A DNA stretch of 64,000 nt. It comes from a virus. The first letter of the stretch is position 1; each line of letters opens with the position of its first letter. The position numbers and the translations under genes were made by a program. Positions 58,097-64,000 of this stretch are shown one piece after another. The notes below the pieces were generated by a model. That model did not search any database. It had not been told where the DNA came from and was given only the letters and a program-made list of their open reading frames with translations. The DNA is taken from IMG/VR virus record IMGVR_UViG_3300028584_001237. The stretch is one strand, 5' to 3'.

Positions 58097-58348
58097 TTAC
58101 TTTTCAGACAGACCTTCAGCCCATGATTTAATAAGTTTTGCTGAAGCCGAAGATGTATCGACGCCAGCCAGAGCTTTCTGAGCTGCATTAATATATTCAA
58201 CAACTGCTTCTTTACTCAGATTAGGATCACAGTGTCTCATTGTATCTCTAATAGAAAGCAAATTAGCTTTTACTTCATAAAGAGCCATATTAATAGTCTC
58301 TGCATTCTTTGTGATCTCATCCAACGCCAACTGTTCAAGTTTTTTCAT
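58097..58348 (-). CDS. helical hypothetical protein
   Basis: 83 aa, GAGG SD. Confidence 0.75.
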   Translation of the reverse strand: MKKLEQLALDEITKNAETINMALYEVKANLLSIRDTMRHCDPNLSKEAVVEYINAAQKALAGVDTSSASAKLIKSWAEGLSEK

Positions 58349-58465
58349 GAAAAATCCTCAAAATGGAAATGTATTTAATAGGTAAGCAGTATACCAAAAA
58401 TCAAGACTGAAGTCATCAATTATTGACAACTGAGTAAAAAAATCTTCTAATACACAAAAGAAAAG

Positions 58466-58843
58466 GTGATTACAATGATAAAGAGAGCCGAAATTTTTGA
58501 CTATGTAAAAGAAAAATACAAAACCAATCCAGAACACATGTTTCTCAAACATCCAGACGTTGCCGTATTGAGGAATACTCAAACAAATAAATGGTATGGT
58601 GTTGTAATGAACATAGAGAAACGCAAGCTAGGCATTAATGAAGATGGCTATATGGACGTTATAAATTTAAAGGGAAATCCTGAGTTCAACAGTATAATTA
58701 GAAGTCAAAAACATATTATAGCTGCCTATCACATGAATAAGAAACACTGGGTGACTATTCTACTAGATTACGATTTCCCTAAATCAGAACTTCATGAAAT
58801 GATTGATTGGAGTTACCAACTGACATCAAAGAAAAAGAAATAA
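58466..58843 (+). CDS. yjbR: MmcQ/YjbR family DNA-binding protein
   Basis: PE.MF...P..AVLR...KWY.VVM, NLKG.P, AYHMNKKHWVTI. Confidence 0.9.
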   Translation: MITMIKRAEIFDYVKEKYKTNPEHMFLKHPDVAVLRNTQTNKWYGVVMNIEKRKLGINEDGYMDVINLKGNPEFNSIIRSQKHIIAAYHMNKKHWVTILLDYDFPKSELHEMIDWSYQLTSKKKK

Positions 58844-58845
58844 AT

Positions 58846-59586
58846 TCAGATTTTTATCATATTGACCATATGTTCATAAGCGTGCAAATTATCATCATTC
58901 AAATCAGTAGCCAAGTCAATAACAGTATCAAGACTTTGCTGAACTGATGGATGGCAATAGTAAGACAATAATGTATGAAAAGCCGCCAATTGGTTTTCTG
59001 GTTTAAATTTAACCAACGTTTCTCGCTGGTAATTATCTACATAAGTTTTAGAGTCAAAATTAACATCAATGAACTTAAAAGAAAGATCAAAAGAAATATT
59101 ATAATGAACGTTTTTATTTAAAACATTTGAATGTTTAGAAAAATTGAACTTAATAATACCATTGTGATCTTTATCGTTCATTGCGATAGACATATCAACC
59201 AAGATAGAATATGTCAGTTCCTGAAATAGATTGTGTCCAATCTGATTTTTTATATCTCGCATCAAAGCTTTAAACCAGACAAGGTTTGAAATAAATTCCT
59301 CATCATCATTGCTTGGACTAAACGTTTCTGGTTGAGCCAATAATCTGAAGACGGTATATAAGCCAGCCGAAGATCGCAATGAAAACAAATAGTCATCACT
59401 GTGTGTTGGCTTCGAGCATAAAAAAAGCCGATGACCACGTTGTAAATAGTTATTCCTAATATAAATATTACCGGCATCTCCAGTTCCAATATGAGAGAGT
59501 TCTAATGATACGTCTGAAATTTGAGGGTTTTCATAAGACATGATTAATTTAATTAATCGGTTGGCTAATGTTATATGACTAGACAT
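58846..59586 (-). CDS. C-terminal motif family protein
   Basis: ends LHAYEHMVNMIKI. Confidence 0.8.
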   Translation of the reverse strand: MSSHITLANRLIKLIMSYENPQISDVSLELSHIGTGDAGNIYIRNNYLQRGHRLFLCSKPTHSDDYLFSLRSSAGLYTVFRLLAQPETFSPSNDDEEFISNLVWFKALMRDIKNQIGHNLFQELTYSILVDMSIAMNDKDHNGIIKFNFSKHSNVLNKNVHYNISFDLSFKFIDVNFDSKTYVDNYQRETLVKFKPENQLAAFHTLLSYYCHPSVQQSLDTVIDLATDLNDDNLHAYEHMVNMIKI

Positions 59587-59658
59587 GGTAATATAATCTC
59601 AAGAATTTGAAGAATTATAGCACAAAATGAGAGTGTTGTTAAGGAAAATATTAAAATA

Positions 59659-59742
59659 TGGTGCCCGAGGCCGGACTCGAACCGGCACTCCAAAAGGAAG
59701 GGGATTTTAAGTCCCCCGCGTCTACCATTCCACCACTCGGGC
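59659..59742 (-). tRNA. trnL: tRNA-Leu (TAA)
   Basis: GCCCGAG..GGGGA-CTTAAAA-TCCCC, long variable arm, GTTCGAGTC, CCA encoded. Confidence 0.97.
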
Positions 59743-59748
59743 ATTTTA

Positions 59749-60153
59749 TCAAGAATAACTGAACATACCAAGCAAATCCCGACTAAGTTCACGCAATACA
59801 TCAATGTGTTTGCGAATAGCAGCTTTGGTAGGAACAGCAAGAGTCGCGTCAGTAACAATCAGACTGTCAATGGAATCATCCAAAGAGTCAATTTCAGTGT
59901 TAATCAACTTAATCATCAGATTAAAATGATCAGTTTCCATACCATCAATGGCAGTTTCATCAATTGATTGCTCAGCCATTTTTTGGATTTTAATACAAGC
60001 AGCAAACTTAATGTTGAAAGATTGAGCAACCACTTCAAAATCTTTATCTGATGGGATAATGGCATACAACTTGTCACGTTCTGCCGCCAAACGACCAACG
60101 CTTTGATTGACCAAAGTAAGAAGAATTTTAGTTTTTTCTGCTGAGAGTGACAT
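59749..60153 (-). CDS. helical hypothetical protein between two tRNAs
   Basis: 134 aa, GGTG SD. Confidence 0.8.
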   Translation of the reverse strand: MSLSAEKTKILLTLVNQSVGRLAAERDKLYAIIPSDKDFEVVAQSFNIKFAACIKIQKMAEQSIDETAIDGMETDHFNLMIKLINTEIDSLDDSIDSLIVTDATLAVPTKAAIRKHIDVLRELSRDLLGMFSYS

Positions 60154-60181
60154 AGTTCACCGAGGATGTTAGTTGAAAAGT

Positions 60182-60258
60182 TGGTGTCTACGGTTGGATT
60201 CGAACCAACGACCATCCGCTTAGAAGGCGGATGCTCTATCCAACTGAGCTACGCAGAC
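60182..60258 (-). tRNA. trnR: tRNA-Arg (TCT)
   Basis: GTCTGCG..TCCGC-CTTCTAA-GCGGA..GTTCGAATC..CCA. Confidence 0.97.
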
Positions 60259-60427
60259 ATGGATGTTGCATAATATGATATTGGACTACTCTATTTGTAT
60301 CCGCACCGAGTAGTTATCCATACTTACAAGTTATATCAGGAGGCCGAAACCTTTATCCTAAAAGTAGCCACTCGCAAGAAGTGCTGGTTCATTGTTGCAA
60401 GATTGTGTTTCTCCGTTTCGTCTTGAT
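60259..60427 (-). ncRNA. candidate structured about 170-nt RNA (tRNA-Arg leader)
   Basis: non-coding, several hairpins incl. a UUCG loop and CTACTC/GAGTAG stem, four GGA motifs. Confidence 0.4.
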
Positions 60428-60433
60428 GTGAGA

Positions 60434-60462
60434 ATTATAGAGAAAACCATCGGTACCGTCAA
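60434..60462 (-). promoter_or_regulatory. near-consensus promoter TTGACG-N17-TATAAT for RNA/tRNA-Arg/ORF/tRNA-Leu unit
   Basis: read directly. Confidence 0.9.
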
Positions 60463-60544
60463 GCTATTTTTTAAACATTTTTTTTATCATAAAAACAAAA
60501 AAGCTTAATCGAAATTAAGTTTTATGAAAAATGTCATTTTTAAA

Positions 60545-60922
60545 TTACCAATCAATTTCAATGATATAATCACCGGCTTCAATCAATTTTTTTTCATGCA
60601 AATCATTCGCAAGCATTTGCACATGCGGATAAAAATTTCGTTCCCAAAACATATCAATGTAATGTTTATTTTCCTCAACGCCATTCCATTCTTTTGGATG
60701 ACGATCTAACCATGACGAAAAACTAACACCCATTCTATAACCATTAATTCGCTCAGGAATAGTGGTGTTTTCGTAATCTTCAGCATATGAAGGGATTCGA
60801 AGTCTAAATTTCCCTCGTGGCTTGCAACCATCCTGTTGCTGGAAAGCATAGGGTTTACCATAAGTTTCTATGACTAAATCATCCCATTCTTCTATGGTAA
60901 TATATTTTGGTTCTGCTGACAT
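60545..60922 (-). CDS. conserved phage protein (YGKPY.FQQQDGC), copy 1
   Basis: near-identical neighbour 60938..61321. Confidence 0.85.
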   Translation of the reverse strand: MSAEPKYITIEEWDDLVIETYGKPYAFQQQDGCKPRGKFRLRIPSYAEDYENTTIPERINGYRMGVSFSSWLDRHPKEWNGVEENKHYIDMFWERNFYPHVQMLANDLHEKKLIEAGDYIIEIDW

Positions 60923-60937
60923 AATTAACTCCTATTG

Positions 60938-61321
60938 TCACCAATCAATTTCAATGACGTAATCACCGGCTTCAATCAAACCTTTTTCATGTAAATCATT
61001 CGCAATCATTTGTATAGTCGGATAAAAATTGCGTTCCCAATACATGCTAAGAAAACGTTTATCTTCTTCATTGCCATTCCATTCTTTGGGATGACGCTCT
61101 AACCATGCTTTAAAACTAACGCCCATTTCGTCGCCATTAACTTCTTCTGGAACAGTATCATTCTCGTAATCATCGGCCCCATCTGGTATACGAATTTTGA
61201 AACTGCCTCTTGATTGACAACCATCCTGTTGCTGGAAAGAATAAGGTTTTCCGTAAGTTTCTATTACTAAATTATCCCAATCTGAAAGGTCAACAATTCG
61301 TTTATTTTGGTATGGCAGCAT
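60938..61321 (-). CDS. conserved phage protein (YGKPY.FQQQDGC), copy 2
   Basis: high nucleotide similarity to copy 1, especially at the 3' end. Confidence 0.85.
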   Translation of the reverse strand: MLPYQNKRIVDLSDWDNLVIETYGKPYSFQQQDGCQSRGSFKIRIPDGADDYENDTVPEEVNGDEMGVSFKAWLERHPKEWNGNEEDKRFLSMYWERNFYPTIQMIANDLHEKGLIEAGDYVIEIDW

Positions 61322-61514
61322 ATTATCTCCTGTTTTTATCGATCATATATTGTAGAATAAATCAACAAAAAAGTCAATATTTTTCTAATTTTTATCAATG
61401 TTTTAAGGTAAATAATGTTGACACAAAAACGCTGAAATGATACATGACATTGTATTGTTAGCGATCTGTGATATGATAAAGCAAGCAATTAAAAGAATTA
61501 ATGGGAGCGTGCGT

Positions 61515-61824
61515 ATGACCAGTAATGAAGACTTCACCTTTTTAAGAAAACTAGAAGCTAGAGGTCGTGATCTTGGAATAATAGTTTCTCATGAATACAA
61601 AATGTTCATTTTAGAAGAATTCCAAAAAAATCCTGATTTGGACATTGAATATTATTTTGTCTTCGAAAACAGAATAAAGCTGCTTGAAGAAAGAATTAGC
61701 CTTTCAAAAGCCAACATTTGGGGAGTTCATTGAAAACATCAAAGAAGAAATTCAACGAGCAAAAGAAGCCGATGATCAAAATTTTTCATTCAATTACATT
61801 GAAAAATACGAATATAACGAATAA
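61515..61824 (+). pseudogene. hypothetical gene with apparent +1 frameshift near 61690
   Basis: ATG 61515 (GGGAG SD) stops at 61733; an overlapping frame continues ELAFQKPTFGEFIENIKEEIQ... to TAA 61824. Confidence 0.45.
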
Positions 61825-61893
61825 TCAATCAACTTAAGTAGAAAAACCAAGGATTTTGATGTCCTTGGTTTTTTTTGGATTAGAGAAAAAAGA

Positions 61894-62328
61894 TTATTCA
61901 GTGACAGGTTTTTTCAGTTCATCCAAACGACCTTCACGTTTCAGCTTCCGATATTCGCTGATGGTCACACCGTAGTGAGCTGCCAGCTCTTTCACACTAC
62001 CGGCTGGGTCTTGCTGGTTCATGCCGACAAACGATTTTTCAACGCTTGATTTGAGTTGACGTTTTTCAGCTTCAATCCCACGTTTAATGGCTTCGACTGC
62101 GTAAGCTTTGATTTGAGCTTTCAGGCGTTCCAAATCTGCGTCCACTTCCGGGGTTTGAAGTTCTTCTTCATATTCCGGTGCCCGTTGTTCGCGGGTGTGG
62201 AACAATGCACAACGAAGTTCAAGATCCGCCTGACCTGTAATGAACATGTCAATATGATGATGCCAAGCACCAATAATGTTCAAACCAACCATCACTTTGC
62301 TGCGTGGGGCGTCAATTGGAGTTTTCAT
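61894..62328 (-). CDS. protein with C-terminal HTH-like basic domain
   Basis: VKELAAHYGVTISEYRKLKREG. Confidence 0.7.
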   Translation of the reverse strand: MKTPIDAPRSKVMVGLNIIGAWHHHIDMFITGQADLELRCALFHTREQRAPEYEEELQTPEVDADLERLKAQIKAYAVEAIKRGIEAEKRQLKSSVEKSFVGMNQQDPAGSVKELAAHYGVTISEYRKLKREGRLDELKKPVTE

Positions 62329-62383
62329 CTATTCGTTCCTGTGTGTGTTTGATAGGTGTATTATAGCACAATATGGCTGGAAG

Positions 62384-62698
62384 TTAAGCACTAAATAGTG
62401 ATTTCAAGCCTTCTTTTTTAATGATTTCACCGTTATCGACAATCATTTGAGCCATATGGTGCATTTCATGCCGAATCAACACCTGAGACACCAAATCAAC
62501 AGTCTCGGCATATGCCCCTACCAGATCAATGCTGGGATCTTCCTTAAAAGTATTCTCGGCAGTCTGCAAAACACTGACAATAGAGTCGATCATTGCAGTC
62601 GTCATCCGATACTCAGGGTCGAGTTTCAGCATCAAAATCGAAGCTCGAATAATATTGTTATTACCACGAATAACATCAGAAGCTTCACGAGAAGACAT
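62384..62698 (-). CDS. helical hypothetical protein
   Basis: 104 aa, AAGG SD. Confidence 0.8.
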   Translation of the reverse strand: MSSREASDVIRGNNNIIRASILMLKLDPEYRMTTAMIDSIVSVLQTAENTFKEDPSIDLVGAYAETVDLVSQVLIRHEMHHMAQMIVDNGEIIKKEGLKSLFSA

Positions 62699-62791
62699 AA
62701 TAAATACCTTTGTTTAATTAAGTTAAAGGATTATACCACAACCCTCACTCTTGAACAACCACTGAGAAGTCATTAATGGTTGATGGTGTGA

Positions 62792-63004
62792 TTAATCAAC
62801 CGTTTCTTTTGCTTTCTTCCTGACAATAAGGTCACGGGCGACACGGAAGAGTTCTGAACAATAAATTTTACCAACGGTGGTTTTCTGTGCAACTTCTTGC
62901 ATCAACTGCTGCTTTGTATATTGTGCTTCGGTTGTCTTGTAAACAACTTGATCATCAGCCAATTCAGATAAACAAGCTACAACAAAATCAGGAATGTCAC
63001 TCAT
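62792..63004 (-). CDS. small hypothetical protein
   Basis: 70 aa, overlaps GNAT stop. Confidence 0.75.
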   Translation of the reverse strand: MSDIPDFVVACLSELADDQVVYKTTEAQYTKQQLMQEVAQKTTVGKIYCSELFRVARDLIVRKKAKETVD

Positions 63005-63425
63005 CTTTAATTGCTCCGGTATGTTTTTCTAAAACAGTCAATTTTCTCTTTTTCCCGTTTTCTATACCGACAATGGTCATGCCATTTTTAGAATAGAAAC
63101 GTAATGCTTTTACATTGTCTTCTGTGGTTTTCAATCGAATAGGCAATGGGACACTATCAAACAATTGTTGTCCAACACCTTGAGATTGAAGATTTTTCGC
63201 AACAGCAAGCTCATGGACAGTATGCCATCCATCCTTACGGGGATGGTAGTGAACGAAACCAACCACACCAGACAGATCTTCAAAGACCAAAAGAGATTTT
63301 TTCTGGACAGCTTCCATCAACGCAACTTTCATCACAAAGCCAATAAACTCTCTGTTCTGGTTAGCGATACGTTTTATGTCCGTTAAATCATGTTCTGTGG
63401 CAAGACGGATCATGGAATGCCTCAT
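62997..63425 (-). CDS. GNAT family N-acetyltransferase
   Basis: IRLAT..DL, VGF, ELAV....QSQGVGQQL, N.KALRFY.KNG. Confidence 0.9.
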   Translation of the reverse strand: MRHSMIRLATEHDLTDIKRIANQNREFIGFVMKVALMEAVQKKSLLVFEDLSGVVGFVHYHPRKDGWHTVHELAVAKNLQSQGVGQQLFDSVPLPIRLKTTEDNVKALRFYSKNGMTIVGIENGKKRKLTVLEKHTGAIKDE

Positions 63426-63449
63426 AATAAGCTGTCTTTTAAGACATGT

Positions 63450-63502
63450 ATTATAGCATATTAAGAAAACAACAGCAATGAGAAAACCACCCGAAGGTGG
63501 TC
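63450..63502 (-). promoter_or_regulatory. terminator-promoter cassette (TTGCTG-N17-TATAAT)
   Basis: read directly. Confidence 0.85.
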
Positions 63503-63856
63503 TTAAATCTGGTACATATCCACTACTGTCAGGGTTTCACGAGACAAAGGCAAAGAAGCTTGCAAGCCAATGTCAGAAAGAGTGTTTAAGATTGTTTTTG
63601 ATGGGTGTTTGAGTTGCAAAACATCAAATTCATCTTTCACCATATTACTAACATCCTTTTCATGTTTTTTTGCAAGAACTTGATCAAATAAAGATTGCTG
63701 TGTTGTTACTTTGCCTTTATGCCAAGTGACTGACACCATACGGCTAATTCTATAAAACTGCTTGCCATACTTTAAAATGTTTATAAATTTAATGAATGAC
63801 GAATCTACTTTGCATTCTGCTGATCGATCATGGAAATTATCAAAATAGACTATCAT
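63503..63856 (-). CDS. C-terminal motif family protein (short)
   Basis: ends RETLTVVDMYQI; likely start ATG 63856. Confidence 0.75.
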   Translation of the reverse strand: MIVYFDNFHDRSAECKVDSSFIKFINILKYGKQFYRISRMVSVTWHKGKVTTQQSLFDQVLAKKHEKDVSNMVKDEFDVLQLKHPSKTILNTLSDIGLQASLPLSRETLTVVDMYQI

Positions 63857-64000
63857 CAGTTTTCTACGTTCCCTTTTGATATGGCAATAGCTTACACTGC
63901 TTCGGCTCAACATCAAGACATTAGAAGTATTTAAATATTTTTTATAAAGTGGAATTTCCTCATTTAATTGATTATCAATACCTAATGAAACTAGACCACC

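Noticed and set aside
60335-60360. GGCCGAAAC as part of a hammerhead ribozyme
   Set aside because: No CUGAUGA core was found at a suitable position on that strand, and the promoter indicates the opposite strand is transcribed.
60545-61321. Near-identical gene pair as a diversity-generating retroelement TR/VR
   Set aside because: Both copies are complete ORFs, the differences are not confined to adenines, and no reverse transcriptase is present.
62384-62698. HisKA-like dimerisation domain (DVIRGNNNII)
   Set aside because: The phospho-accepting His is absent and the similarity is only a generic helix pattern.
5013-63386. Numerous 60-100 aa ORFs in the track overlapping larger genes in other frames or strands
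   Set aside because: They lack SD sequences and promoters, overlap better-supported genes, and show Phe/Ile/Lys-rich off-frame composition.
1-64000. Alternative genetic code (stop-codon reassignment), as in some large phages
   Set aside because: Recognisable genes are intact in code 11, coding density is high, and TAA, TGA and TAG all occur as true ends next to terminators.

Overview
AT-rich, densely coding window of about 105 short-to-medium genes, mostly on the minus strand. There are no structural, replication, integrase or transposase genes. Most genes or short operons have their own sigma70-type promoter (TTGnnn-N17-TATAAT) and a hairpin terminator, and the two are often fused into one cassette. 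It carries three CCA-encoded tRNAs (Gly-TCC, Leu-TAA, Arg-TCT). The best reading is the early/accessory (host-takeover, counter-defence) region of a large lytic 'jumbo' dsDNA phage of a gammaproteobacterium. A Pseudomonas-like host is suggested by an SCP2 gene and by tRNAs for AT-rich codons. A megaplasmid or phage-plasmid cannot be excluded from this window alone. Recognisable products: Acb1-like 2H phosphoesterase, RNA ligase (DUF5565/Rlig1-like), MYG1 exonuclease, DEDDh exonuclease, lytic transglycosylase lipoprotein, SCP2, YjbR/MmcQ, GNAT and a ParB/Srx-like domain. Most interesting unexplained structure: (1) about 11 otherwise divergent proteins share one C-terminal helix ending [DEKNR]-M-x-x-[IVFY]-stop, a candidate docking or targeting tag; (2) a signal-peptide-bearing HNH-type toxin is followed by a candidate immunity gene; (3) a tandemly duplicated three-gene module (about 615 aa PcfJ-like, about 470 aa and about 133 aa), whose two large proteins end in basic tails; (4) degenerate or half ATPases that may be defence decoys; (5) candidate structured RNAs flanking the tRNAs; (6) repeated terminator-promoter cassettes with many adjacent paralog pairs. 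All family assignments come from motif recall, not database searches.
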